DNA of 64,000 nucleotides from an uncultured Aquimarina sp. (GCA_947497175.1 CANMFM010000009.1:36348-100347), one strand, 5' to 3'; counted from the first letter of the stretch, positions 31,601-41,061 are shown. The notes: generated by a model not told the origin, from the letters alone. Made by a program: numbers and translations.

Positions 31601-31860
31601 TTCTAATTATTATATTATCATCACATATTGAAATGTCGAATACATTACAAAGTGATAAAACCGATTTATAATCAATTGATTTATTTAAAATTTGATACGA
31701 TTATCTGTGCATTAAAAATTAGAAAGATTTCTATGCATTAGTTACTCATTTTTTTGAGTATGTCTTTTGAGAAAGACTCAGATAGTATGTTTAATTAGTA
31801 TAACAGACTTCAAAGATAGAAATTCTGAATTTATTTTCTGATTTTGTTGGTTTTAATTGT

Positions 31861-31980
31861 AGGTAACCGTCTTGTCTAAACGTAGTAGCGGATTATACAT
31901 ATTAAATTTTATTTTGGTAATCTACTTAAATAAATACAATAGCAGTTCGAGTTTGTATGCAAACCGCTATTGCGTTTATA
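31861..31980 (-). repeat. attC-like imperfect palindrome (family C)
   Basis: AGGTAAC-CGTCTTGTCTAAACGTAGTAGCGG ... CCGCTATTGC-GTTTATA. The GTAGTAGCGG/CCGCTAT arms are the same as in 35079..35209. Confidence 0.6.
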
Positions 31981-32045
31981 CTATTTTAGCTGCTGGCTTT
32001 TTATTGTCCAAATGTTCAGAAAACGAATCTATTTGTAATAAGAAT

Positions 32046-32429
32046 TTAGTCTATCACTTTTTCTAAATGCCAAATTTTGGATACTATCTGCCAGCCATCT
32101 TCTCCATTAACAAAACCAAGATGGTCTACAAATACATTATTGTGAGCTCTGATTCTTATTTTTACTGTTGCACAGTTTGATGATAACCAGTCAATCATTA
32201 GAATTTCAGCTTTGGGCTCTTGTCCTTTGCTTGCAGGTGATACTCTTCCTCCCACGTCTTTACTAAAACTGTCAATAGATTCGACAAAAACCTTACTTGT
32301 ATCAACATCAAATAGGCTAGAACTTTTGTGAAATGCTTTGTTGAGAAGCTCAGTATCACAATAATAAAGGGCATCGAAATAGGTTTGTACTGCATTTATT
32401 AAATCGGTAGGTGAATTTAATTTTCCCAT
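32046..32429 (-). CDS. NTF2-like (SnoaL/lumazine-binding-like) small protein
   Basis: 127 aa with an alpha+beta cone-type pattern (YFDALYYCDTELL..., WQIVSKIWH). Divergent from a LysR gene. Confidence 0.6.
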   Translation of the reverse strand: MGKLNSPTDLINAVQTYFDALYYCDTELLNKAFHKSSSLFDVDTSKVFVESIDSFSKDVGGRVSPASKGQEPKAEILMIDWLSSNCATVKIRIRAHNNVFVDHLGFVNGEDGWQIVSKIWHLEKVID

Positions 32430-32564
32430 AATTTCTAAATTTTAGTTCTCGACAAAATTATATGGCCAATAATTAGATTTAAAGTCTTGAAATTGAATGT
32501 TTCAAAGTTGAAGTTGAATTTTTTTCATATTGAAGGATGCTGCTAATTGTTAACTTTGTAACCT

Positions 32565-33455
32565 ATGGAAATTAAATATTTCAGACTCATAAAAACAATC
32601 GAAGAAGAGGGTAGTATCGCCAATTCTGCTGATAAATTGTTTTTAACGCAATCTGCATTAAGTCACCAATTAAGAGAGTTGGAAGAGCGTTTAGGATTTA
32701 AAGTATTTTATAGAAAGCGTAATAAATGGCAGTTAACAGAAGAAGGTGCAGAACTTTATAAATTAGGTAATTCTATACTTGATAGTATTGAACAAGGATT
32801 TCACAATATAGAACAGTTGCGAACAGGTTCTGTTGGTACTATTAAAGTTAGTACAGAATGTTATAGCTTTTATCAAGGGTTATCTTCTTTCATACAGAAA
32901 ATGGGGCTTCTGTATCCCGAAATTGAAGTTGATTTAATTCTTGAAGCCACACATCAACCTATTTCAAAAATTTTATCAAATGAGATTGATATTGCTATTG
33001 TTAGCCAAAAACCTATGAACAAAGGTTTATCAATTATAGACGTATATGAGGACGAAATATTTGCTGTTATCCACAAAGAAAATCCGTTACTTCGAGTCGA
33101 GTTTTTGGAAGCTAACGATTTCTCAGATATTCATCTTATAATTCATTCTTTTCCATTAGAAACTGTCTCGGTCTATAACCAGTTTTTAAAACCGAATAGG
33201 ATTACTCCATTAAAGATTTCCGCAATTCCCCTAACAGAAGTTGCTTTGGAAATGGTTGTTGCCAATATGGGGGTTATGTGTATGCCTAAATGGGCGTTAA
33301 AGTCATTCAAATTACCTGAATGTTTAGCGTTTAGACGAATAAGTCAGAATGGTTTGAAAAGAACACATTATTTAGTTTTTCGTACATCTGACAAAGATAA
33401 AAAATACATAAATGACTTTATTTCCAACTTTGAGGAAGATTTTTCAAAGTCTTGA
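32565..33455 (+). CDS. LysR-family transcriptional regulator
   Basis: N-terminal HTH (FRLIKTIEEEGSIANSADKLFLTQSALSHQLRELEERLG) plus a substrate-binding domain. It is the only plus-strand gene inside the array. Confidence 0.9.
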   Translation: MEIKYFRLIKTIEEEGSIANSADKLFLTQSALSHQLRELEERLGFKVFYRKRNKWQLTEEGAELYKLGNSILDSIEQGFHNIEQLRTGSVGTIKVSTECYSFYQGLSSFIQKMGLLYPEIEVDLILEATHQPISKILSNEIDIAIVSQKPMNKGLSIIDVYEDEIFAVIHKENPLLRVEFLEANDFSDIHLIIHSFPLETVSVYNQFLKPNRITPLKISAIPLTEVALEMVVANMGVMCMPKWALKSFKLPECLAFRRISQNGLKRTHYLVFRTSDKDKKYINDFISNFEEDFSKS

Positions 33456-33469
33456 CTCGTTCAGTTTGT

Positions 33470-33601
33470 TGTTAACGTGTTTGTGTATGATTTCGTTGCG
33501 TGTTTCAGTAACTAATTTGGCAAATATGAACCAAATAGAAAACCCGAGAGGATTTTCGTAGGTAGGCGAGTACTAGCGATGAATTATACACGGTGTTGCC
33601 A
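33470..33601 (-). repeat. attC-like imperfect palindrome (family B)
   Basis: TGTTAAC-GTGTTTGTGTATGATTTCGTTGCGTG ... AAACCCGAGAGGATTTTCGTAGGTAGGCGAGTACTAGCGATGAATTATACACGGT-GTTGCCA. Confidence 0.7.
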
Positions 33602-33619
33602 GTAGTTTTTTATTTCGTT

Positions 33620-34033
33620 TTAGTCAAAAGGAACCAAGTCAGGTTCTAAAAATTCCGTTTTGGCTTTTTTAGAGTTATAAATATCAAATCCATAGTGACA
33701 ATCCATTAATTCTTTGAAATTATATTTCAGTCGTGGAAATTCGTATATAAAGTCTTTAAAATTGTCAGAATTTGATTTGAGCATAAAATGATTTACTGCT
33801 TTAACAGCTGCCAAAGTCAAAGTCATATTGTATTTGTCTTTTGCTCCGACAAATTCTACAAACTTTTGCAATTGATTTTGGATATTTTTTTCAGCTTGTT
33901 TAGTTCCGTATTTATTAATGTTAATCCACGCTAATCTCAAGTGAGCTTCGTGAGTAAAGTCCGATGGATTTAATCCGCAACTAATGAATTTTTTTTCAAA
34001 ATCGGAATCAGAAAGATCAAAATGTTTTTCCAT
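33620..34033 (-). CDS. Hypothetical protein (cassette-borne)
   Basis: 137 aa, helical. No recognised motif. Confidence 0.5.
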   Translation of the reverse strand: MEKHFDLSDSDFEKKFISCGLNPSDFTHEAHLRLAWININKYGTKQAEKNIQNQLQKFVEFVGAKDKYNMTLTLAAVKAVNHFMLKSNSDNFKDFIYEFPRLKYNFKELMDCHYGFDIYNSKKAKTEFLEPDLVPFD

Positions 34034-34092
34034 AATTAGGTTTCTTATTTTTTCATAGTTTTCAATTTCAAAAAGAGCGTTTCTCAGATTAC

Positions 34093-34261
34093 TGGCAACG
34101 TTAAATATGTATCGTAGCAGAGCAAAATGTTACCTTGATTTTCGATATTTCTGCGCATTGGTTGCTAACTTTTTCATTCTGAAAGCATTGCGCCTTTATA
34201 AAAATACAACAATCTTTCGATTCATCGCTTAGCTGCTATGGCATCATATATGCTGTTGGTA
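34093..34261 (-). repeat. attC-like imperfect palindrome (family A)
   Basis: TGGCAAC-GTTAAATATGTATCGTAGCAGAGCAAAATGTTACC ... TTCTGCGCATTGGTTGCTAAC ... CTTTCGATTCATCGCTTAGCTGCTATGGCATCATATATGCT-GTTGGTA. Confidence 0.7.
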
Positions 34262-34268
34262 AATCGTT

Positions 34269-35066
34269 TTATTTTTTAGATTCCATTTGAGGAAGAATTT
34301 GACCATCTTTCCATTGCAATTCACGACTTATTTTTTTAACTTCCATCCAATTAGTGGTTTCGTCTTTGTAACTTCCAACTTCTTTTTGATAAACAATTTT
34401 ACCTTTTATTCCATTTTTGTCTTCTGGAAAGATTAAATCCTCAGAGAGCCAATAAACTCCAGCATCCGAAATTTGAGATATTTCGAATACTTTTTTAAGT
34501 TCATCTTTTACTTGAAAGAAATATATACCGCCTCCATCTATACCGCAAGCTTCGGCTAAATAATTAATAAAAAGTATATGGCTTACTCCATCAATTCCTT
34601 TGTTATTATGGAGTTCAATTGAGAGGTCATTTGTGGTTAATTCTACTATAGTTTCTTTGATTTGAAGTTGTTGGTTAAGATGTCGAGTTATAAGTGAATA
34701 TTGTTCTCGATCTTTTTTATAAACAAAAAAGAACTTAGAACTACCGACTTCTTTTTTCTCTAATGATATTAGACCTCCTAAAATATAACCAACTTGATTT
34801 TTATATTTAACCTTGTAAAAGGGAGATTCAATTCCATTATATTTTATAGTTTCTCCTGATTTTTTAAGTATTTTAACCTCAGTTCCAATTTTTAATAATT
34901 CTAACACCTCAGATTTGAGATCTGGAAGATTTCTAAATTTGACATTGTCACCAAATAGGTAATAATACTCTCCATTATTGAAGTCAGAATATGGATTGTG
35001 ATATTTGATATCTTGTCCAAACATAAAACTTGTAACAAATAATAGTATTATTAATATTCTTTCCAT
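34269..35066 (-). CDS. Secreted protein, possible SH3b-like N-terminal domain
   Basis: The ATG at 35066 gives signal peptide MERILIILLFVTSFMFGQ. The TTG at 35084 in the ORF track lies inside the R' box. DNVKFRNLPDLKSEVLELLKIGTEVKILK is SH3b-like by eye. Confidence 0.55.
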   Translation of the reverse strand: MERILIILLFVTSFMFGQDIKYHNPYSDFNNGEYYYLFGDNVKFRNLPDLKSEVLELLKIGTEVKILKKSGETIKYNGIESPFYKVKYKNQVGYILGGLISLEKKEVGSSKFFFVYKKDREQYSLITRHLNQQLQIKETIVELTTNDLSIELHNNKGIDGVSHILFINYLAEACGIDGGGIYFFQVKDELKKVFEISQISDAGVYWLSEDLIFPEDKNGIKGKIVYQKEVGSYKDETTNWMEVKKISRELQWKDGQILPQMESKK

Positions 35067-35078
35067 TTTTTTAATGTT

Positions 35079-35209
35079 TACCAACGGTTTTGTATATAAG
35101 TAGTAGCGGATTTTGACTAACTATGTTTCGGTAAGAAATATAGTAAATTAAACGTAAAAACGGTTCGGGTTAGCACCTAAACCGCTATTACTTATACACC
35201 TTGTTATGT
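35079..35209 (-). repeat. attC-like imperfect palindrome (family C)
   Basis: TACCAAC-GGTTTTGTATATAAGTAGTAGCGG ... CCGCTATTACTTATACACCTT-GTTATGT. Confidence 0.7.
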
Positions 35210-35286
35210 ACCGTACTATTTCACTATAAGAAAGTACATATTTTAGTTTAAAGACTTGTTCAGAAATAACCACTAAGAACTAAGCA

Positions 35287-36126
35287 TCAATCAAAATTTG
35301 TATTTATAGCAACTTCTTTCCAAGTTTTTAATTCATTCAGCAAATGCTCTGCATGTTCCTTTACAGCATTTATAGCATCCTCACCTAATTGAAGTCTTAG
35401 AGGTGTTTTATCAGATTGAAGGGCAATATCTATGGCTTTAGCAGCTTTCAAAGGGTCACCTTCTTGGGTGCCATCCATTTCCTTCGCAAAATCGCGAGTT
35501 CCTCCTACAATTTCGTTATATGCCTCTATTTTTGGCATATGCCTGAATCCATCTCCAGCAAAATCCGTTCGAAAGGCACCTGGTTCCACTATCATAGTTT
35601 TGATTCCAAATGGAGCTACCTCTTGAGCTAAAGCTTCCGAAGCTCCTTCCAATGCAAACTTTGAAGCTGAATATGCACTGAAACCCCCAAAACTCATATT
35701 ACCGCCCATACTGCTTATATTAACTATAGCACCACTTTTCTGTTTCCTCAAATAGGGTAAAACTTCTTGCGTCACGGCAACGGCACCAAAGAAGTTGGTT
35801 TCCATTTGACTTCGAAGTTCCTTTTCAGGAGTCTCTTCCAGAGCTCCAACAATGCCATATCCCGCATTATTAATCAGTACGTCTATTTTACCATATTTTT
35901 CAATGGCTTTTTGAACGGTATTTTTAATTTCTTCGCGTTTAGTGACATCCATTGAAATTGGTAATATTTGTTCGGATGCTGCCTTGGCAAGTTGTTCCAA
36001 TTTTTCCTGCCTTCTTGCGGTTGCCACTACATTATAGCCTTGAGAGACCGCATATTGAGCGAATGCTTTTCCAAAGCCTGAAGAGGCTCCTGTTATGAAC
36101 CAAACTTTACTATTTTCTTTCGTCAT
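35287..36126 (-). CDS. Short-chain dehydrogenase/reductase (classical SDR)
   Basis: TGASSGFG cofactor motif, NNAG, and the YSASK catalytic Y-x3-K. Confidence 0.9.
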   Translation of the reverse strand: MTKENSKVWFITGASSGFGKAFAQYAVSQGYNVVATARRQEKLEQLAKAASEQILPISMDVTKREEIKNTVQKAIEKYGKIDVLINNAGYGIVGALEETPEKELRSQMETNFFGAVAVTQEVLPYLRKQKSGAIVNISSMGGNMSFGGFSAYSASKFALEGASEALAQEVAPFGIKTMIVEPGAFRTDFAGDGFRHMPKIEAYNEIVGGTRDFAKEMDGTQEGDPLKAAKAIDIALQSDKTPLRLQLGEDAINAVKEHAEHLLNELKTWKEVAINTNFD

Positions 36127-36154
36127 ATCTATTTACTTTTTATTGAACTTACTT

Positions 36155-37087
36155 TTATCCTGTATATCTGGCATTACCTCCTGCTGCTACATCTAACACC
36201 AAACCACTAATAAACTTTGAATTATCTGAAGCTAAAAAAGTTGCTGATTGTGCAATGTCTACAGGGTCCAAAGCTGGTGTAGGTAATGCGTGGTAACCCA
36301 TCATTGCATTATCTTGATCCTCAAAGGACGACATTCCCGTAGACGTGTATTGACCTTCGCTTCTATATAACGGAGTATTGACGGCTGTTGGCGCAATAGA
36401 ATTTACTCGAACATTATACTTTCCCAATTCTAAGGACAACGTTTTGGTAAGCCCTATTACCGCCCATTTAGTGGATGCATAATTGGCAACTCCAGGAACA
36501 CCTTGTCTTCCACCAATTGAGCTTAGCGTAATAATACTTCCACTTTTTTGTTTCTTTAATTGAGGAAGTGAAGCCCATACCGTATTTGCCACTCCAGTTA
36601 GATTAACATCGATAACATCTTTCCATTGTTTTTCATTCATATCCTCAAAAGGGGACCAAATACCCACACCGGCATTGGCGACCACAATATCAAGTCCACC
36701 TAATTCCGAAATGGTTCTGTCTACAGCTTTTTTCATAGCTTCCAGATTCCGAACGTCGGCTTGAATGCCAATAGCTTTCACTCCCAGTTTTTGAATTTCT
36801 TTTGTGGCTGAATCAAGTTCCGATTTGTTTGCTAAACGATACCCTTCAATTGCCATTCCACCTTTAGGGTCAGCAATATCCAATAATGCAACATTGATAC
36901 CCTGTTTTGCGAAATCGACAGCTATACCAAGCCCAATACCTCTTGCGGCACCAGTCACTAAGGCTGTTTTTCCTTTTAGGTCTGTTAGGTTTTTTTTATC
37001 TATTCTCTGTGCAAAAGCACCTGTAGTACTGACGGCAACTCCTGCGGTGGCCAAGCCTATTGATTTAAGAAAGTTTTTTCTGTTCAT
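36155..37087 (-). CDS. SDR-family oxidoreductase with Tat-like signal peptide
   Basis: MNRKNFLKSIGLATAGVAVSTTGAFAQ is an RK variant of the RRxFLK Tat motif. TGAARGIG, NAG and YASTK motifs are present. Confidence 0.85.
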   Translation of the reverse strand: MNRKNFLKSIGLATAGVAVSTTGAFAQRIDKKNLTDLKGKTALVTGAARGIGLGIAVDFAKQGINVALLDIADPKGGMAIEGYRLANKSELDSATKEIQKLGVKAIGIQADVRNLEAMKKAVDRTISELGGLDIVVANAGVGIWSPFEDMNEKQWKDVIDVNLTGVANTVWASLPQLKKQKSGSIITLSSIGGRQGVPGVANYASTKWAVIGLTKTLSLELGKYNVRVNSIAPTAVNTPLYRSEGQYTSTGMSSFEDQDNAMMGYHALPTPALDPVDIAQSATFLASDNSKFISGLVLDVAAGGNARYTG

Positions 37088-37169
37088 ATCTATTTTTTTT
37101 GGTTATACATTTAATACAACTCAAAATTAGAGATGAGCAAAACCAAAAAATTGTAAATTCTTGGGGTAT

Positions 37170-38054
37170 TTAAACAGATTTATAAAATTGTCTTGGCGTT
37201 ACTCCATAAAATCTTTTAAAACTATTGGTGAAGTGACTTTGGTCATAAAATCCTATAGAATGGGCAATCTCGGTCAGGCTTGTTTTCTTTAAACGTATGA
37301 GCTCACTTGCTTTCTCAAGTCGTAGCTTGAGAACGAATTGATGTGGAGATAGTCCGGTCGTATTTTTAAATACCTTGGCAAAATGATAAGGGCTCTGATG
37401 AACTATCTCCGATAAAGATTGTAAACTAAGGTCTTGATAGAGATTGGACATTACATAGTCCAATATGTTTTTTGTTTGTATGCCGAAAAGTTTTCCAGTG
37501 GGGGTTTTAATTTTCTTGCCACCCGTTGAGTATTGGTTCAAAAGATATGTTGCAAAAGCCATTCCTAGTGTATCTCGATATAGCTTTGCATGACCTCTAT
37601 TTTTTAAAAGCTCATTTTGAAAAAGCTCTGTAAAAAGAATTATGTTTTTGTCAAGAGTACCCCTCTGGGTCATAAATTCCAATTCACGATAGTTTGTATT
37701 GGGTAGGATTTTTTCGTAATACTTTGGTTTGATAGCTATTGCCAAAAATTGATAGTCCTCCATCCATCTTGGAACACCAAAATCACCGTGGTTTTGCATA
37801 TTGAAAGAACCAGGATGAAGTGATAATGGCTTCCAAGTCCCTTTTTCCCTGTGCTCAAAAGGTATTGAATTGCTACCCAAAGTTATAGCGAGTCTGTGGT
37901 CTATGATAGTATGTTCTGGTAGTTCGCCTTTTTGCAAAAAATGATGTTCAACTATCACTCCGTTAAAATCCAATGAATTATTAACCGAAGATTTGGGAGC
38001 TGAGGGAATTATTTCTCCATTTTTTAGGAGTGATATCTTGGAGCCTTTACTCAT
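37170..38054 (-). CDS. AraC-family transcriptional regulator
   Basis: C-terminal HTH (SPYHFAKVFKNTTGLSP..., DQSHFTNSFKRFYGVTP). Confidence 0.85.
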   Translation of the reverse strand: MSKGSKISLLKNGEIIPSAPKSSVNNSLDFNGVIVEHHFLQKGELPEHTIIDHRLAITLGSNSIPFEHREKGTWKPLSLHPGSFNMQNHGDFGVPRWMEDYQFLAIAIKPKYYEKILPNTNYRELEFMTQRGTLDKNIILFTELFQNELLKNRGHAKLYRDTLGMAFATYLLNQYSTGGKKIKTPTGKLFGIQTKNILDYVMSNLYQDLSLQSLSEIVHQSPYHFAKVFKNTTGLSPHQFVLKLRLEKASELIRLKKTSLTEIAHSIGFYDQSHFTNSFKRFYGVTPRQFYKSV

Positions 38055-38145
38055 TTGAATAATGAGAATTTTACGTGATTATTATTTTAAATCTCTTGTC
38101 GATGTCATCAAGTGGAACGCTTAGCGTAAATTAATTTCGTATGGT

Positions 38146-38316
38146 ACACAACGTTTAATATATATGTCATAACAGAGTAAAATGTTACCTAGCTATCGAT
38201 ATATTCTGCGCATTGATCGCTAACTTTTACTTTTTGCAAGCATTGCGCCTTTATAAAAATACAACAATCTTTCGATTCATCGCTTAGCTGCTATGAGCAC
38301 ATATATGGCGTTGTAT
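38146..38316 (-). repeat. attC-like imperfect palindrome (family A)
   Basis: ACACAAC-GTTTAATATATATGTCATAACAGAGTAAAATGTTACC ... CTTTCGATTCATCGCTTAGCTGCTATGAGCACATATATGGC-GTTGTAT. Confidence 0.7.
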
Positions 38317-38323
38317 AATATTT

Positions 38324-38713
38324 TTAATTTTTCTCTTCTTCATTTCTTTTGCGATAGATCTTTAATAAGTATTCCAATCTTGATGAGTTGGTATCCAAGT
38401 TATTGATAAATATTTTGAATTCTCTAGATCTCGCTTTAAAAGTTAAATATTCAGGTGCATTCCATGGAGAAGCCATATAGGGTTCAATTATAACCTTTTC
38501 CTCAGAAATAGAATTCCAACTTATAGGTCTTCGACCTTCTATTGAAATTCCTTTATTGGAGAGTTCAATTTGTATTCTATTGCTTTTTACTAATTTTAAA
38601 AACTTTGGTATATCCCTAAATGTAAATAATATATAAAAAAACAAACAGTATTCCAAGTATCCAGTACTTAGGGAATAAAAAATAACCGCCAATAGAAATC
38701 CAGAATATTGCAA
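38324..38713 (-). CDS. Small membrane protein with C-terminal PH/GRAM-like domain, unknown function
   Basis: 129 aa with 2 N-terminal TM segments. A 62-aa ORF (38616..38804) overlaps its 5' end in another frame, so a frameshifted longer gene is possible. Confidence 0.5.
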   Translation of the reverse strand: MQYSGFLLAVIFYSLSTGYLEYCLFFYILFTFRDIPKFLKLVKSNRIQIELSNKGISIEGRRPISWNSISEEKVIIEPYMASPWNAPEYLTFKARSREFKIFINNLDTNSSRLEYLLKIYRKRNEEEKN

Positions 38714-38839
38714 TTAAGATTTGCCAATAATAATAGTTTTTAGATAAGTATATTTTTGTTTGTTGAGGCGCTTTTTTGTTTTCTACAAAAAGTTCTGAGA
38801 TCATTTTGATTTAGTTCTTTATGTGTATGTATAATATTA

Positions 38840-39010
38840 CACAACGTTCAATATATATGTGTTGTAATAGAGCAAAATGTTACAGAGCTATCGATATTTC
38901 TGCGCATTGATTGTTAACTTTTACTTCTTACGAGAATTGCGTCATTGCAAGAATACAAAACCATTCGATTCATCACTTAGCTGCTATGACATCATACTTG
39001 GTGTTGTGCT
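38840..39010 (-). repeat. attC-like imperfect palindrome (family A)
   Basis: ACACAAC-GTTCAATATATATGTGTTGTAATAGAGCAAAATGTTAC ... CGATTCATCACTTAGCTGCTATGACATCATACTTGGT-GTTGTGC. Confidence 0.7.
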
Positions 39011-39017
39011 TAGTTTT

Positions 39018-39464
39018 TTATATAACGATTCTTATTTTTTTTCGCTGTTCGATTAGTATTTTTTCATTATTCGCTCCGATGTCAATATATCGTCCATTTT
39101 TGGCTTTTAAAATCGTATCAAAATTTAGAGTTCGATTGATTTTTAAACCTAATGCTCTGTCAATTATTTCAGTCGTTTTGAAGGTTCCAGAAACTCGAAA
39201 CTCTTTTCCACTTACATAAATTGATGAGTTTTTAGAAATTCCCCATTCAGGCATCATTTCAATTCGGTGATTTTTAAATCTTATGCTGTTATTAACTTTT
39301 ACGTGCAAAGTATCATTTTCAAATACAGAATGGAAAGAAACATTAGATTGTCCTTTCGGAAGATTTCTATAAGAATTACAGGAAATGAGTCCGATAATGA
39401 GTATCAGAATTAATATAAGTTTATTAGTTAGTCTATTTTTTCTCAATTCTGTCAAATTAGGCAC
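39018..39464 (-). CDS. Lipoprotein, unknown function
   Basis: GTG start overlapping the R' box. Lipobox LISC. 148 aa. Confidence 0.55.
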   Translation of the reverse strand: MPNLTELRKNRLTNKLILILILIIGLISCNSYRNLPKGQSNVSFHSVFENDTLHVKVNNSIRFKNHRIEMMPEWGISKNSSIYVSGKEFRVSGTFKTTEIIDRALGLKINRTLNFDTILKAKNGRYIDIGANNEKILIEQRKKIRIVI

Positions 39465-39594
39465 AACGTTTATGTATATAAAATGTTGCGTATTTGTGTG
39501 CGAGTATTTTCCGAAGGAAAATCAGAAGCTAGCAGACAAAGCAACTCACTTTGGTTAAGCCTAAAACAGCAATTTTTGATATACTGTATTGTAG
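39461..39594 (-). repeat. attC-like imperfect palindrome (B-like)
   Basis: GCACAAC-GTTTATGTATATAAAATGTTGCGTATTTGTG ... TTTTTGATATACTGT-ATTGTAG. The right box is ATT instead of GTT. Confidence 0.6.
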
Positions 39595-39598
39595 TGCA

Positions 39599-40150
39599 TT
39601 AATTTATTTTTTCGTTCAGTTTTTCAATCCACTTTTCTCTTTCATTAACAACAAAGTCAAATTCATTTCCGTCATTAGTTTTTATTCTAATTCCGTTGTC
39701 AATTAGTTTCGCCGTTTTTCTTTTTATTATTTCCGTAATGTTCTTGTAAAGTATGTCAGTTTGTCCTTTTTGGATATTTATTTTATGAGACTTAAATACT
39801 ACTTTTTTATTAGTTAAAAACAACTTTCCGCCAACACCTTCAATTCCACGAAATAAGTTTGCAGGACCTTCAATTTCAATAGTTTCGTCTTGAGTCAATT
39901 CGGGTTTCATATTTTTACCGATTTTAGAAGTAAATTTCGTTCCAAATTTTTGTGTTATATACGGAAATCCGATTCCCATAAAAACTCCGAAAAATATTCC
40001 TTGAAATAAGTAACTATTCAGACTTTGAAATTCTCCATCTAAGAAATAATCCATAAGACAAATTATCCCAATAAATAAAAATCCTGTTAAAATTGCTGAC
40101 ACAATTCTAAACTTCCAATTAAGTTTTATCATCTTATTTCCTATTTCCAT
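39599..40150 (-). CDS. Membrane protein with C-terminal GRAM/PH-like domain
   Basis: 2-3 N-terminal TM segments. LFLTNKKVVFKSHKINIQKGQTDILYKNITEI...IRIKTNDGNEFDF is GRAM/bPH-like. Confidence 0.6.
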   Translation of the reverse strand: MEIGNKMIKLNWKFRIVSAILTGFLFIGIICLMDYFLDGEFQSLNSYLFQGIFFGVFMGIGFPYITQKFGTKFTSKIGKNMKPELTQDETIEIEGPANLFRGIEGVGGKLFLTNKKVVFKSHKINIQKGQTDILYKNITEIIKRKTAKLIDNGIRIKTNDGNEFDFVVNEREKWIEKLNEKIN

Positions 40151-40168
40151 AAAGTTTGTTTTAATGCA

Positions 40169-40336
40169 CTATAACGTTTATATATGTGTCGTAGCAGGGC
40201 AAAATGTTACCTTGATTTTCTATATTTCTGTGCATTGGTTGCTAACTTTTACTTTTTGCAAGCATTACGCCTTTATAAATATACAACAACCAATCGATTG
40301 ATCACTTTGCTGCTATGATCACATATAAAGTTTTAG
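40169..40336 (-). repeat. attC-like imperfect palindrome (family A)
   Basis: CTATAAC-GTTTATATATGTGTCGTAGCAGGGCAAAATGTTACC ... CAATCGATTGATCACTTTGCTGCTATGATCACATATAAA-GTTTTAG. Confidence 0.65.
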
Positions 40337-40345
40337 CAAATGTCC

Positions 40346-40980
40346 TTAATATATAATCTCCGTTACAATTAACCTTTTGATAAAATAATTTGAAAAATCT
40401 ACTTTATCATTTAGCATTTCATAAGCAAGCATAGGAGGATGTAAGATTCCTGCCGCTTCTGTCATATCTAAATATTTTGCAATAAATTTATTGTCGTTAG
40501 CCACAGATTTAAGAGCAGCTCTATATTTTCCATGATAATTGATGCTCATATACTTTTTATATATCTTTATAATCGAATCATCACTCTGGGACTTTAGGTC
40601 GTTAAATGAAGACTCTGACCTTCCAATCCAATATGTTCCATCTTGTTTTAAGAATTTCAGACGAGTCTTAATCCTTGGAACGGAATTATGAAGACTTAAG
40701 GTATCGGGATTTCTTTCAATCCAAACAGAATCGGGAATCCCATATATTTGTAATTTTAAATTACTATTGTCAAATACCTTTCTGCTTTTTTTCGATAAGC
40801 TTTTTCAATGTCTAAATTGGGATAATTCCTTTTTAAAAAATCATTTTCAAAGTCAGATACTAAGTAAGTTAAAGTTTCGCTATTTTCTTTTCCCAAAATA
40901 TTCTCAAATTCAGTAATTCGTTTTTTATTAGAACAACTAACTATTAAAATCAGAATGAAGAATAGTTTTATGTATTTCAT
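40346..40980 (-). pseudogene. Frameshifted lipoprotein gene, with frames meeting at an A7 tract
   Basis: The 74-aa ORF 40756..40980 has a lipoprotein signal (LIVSCS). A second frame is open from about 40812 down to 40346 but has no start codon until 40549. Adding one A to the A7 run (T7 on the + strand, about 40786..40792) fuses them into a protein of about 210 aa. Confidence 0.6.
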
Positions 40981-40994
40981 TGAGTTTTTATGTT

Positions 40995-41061
40995 TGCTAA
41001 CGGTAAATGTATGAGGTGAATGTCTCTTTAGAGCATTATAACTTCATACATCGTGTTAGCA
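40995..41061 (-). repeat. attC-like imperfect palindrome (short, 67 bp)
   Basis: TGCTAAC-GGTAAATGTATGAGGT ... ACTTCATACATCGT-GTTAGCA. The TGTATGAGGT/ACTTCATACA arms are inverted. Confidence 0.7.
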
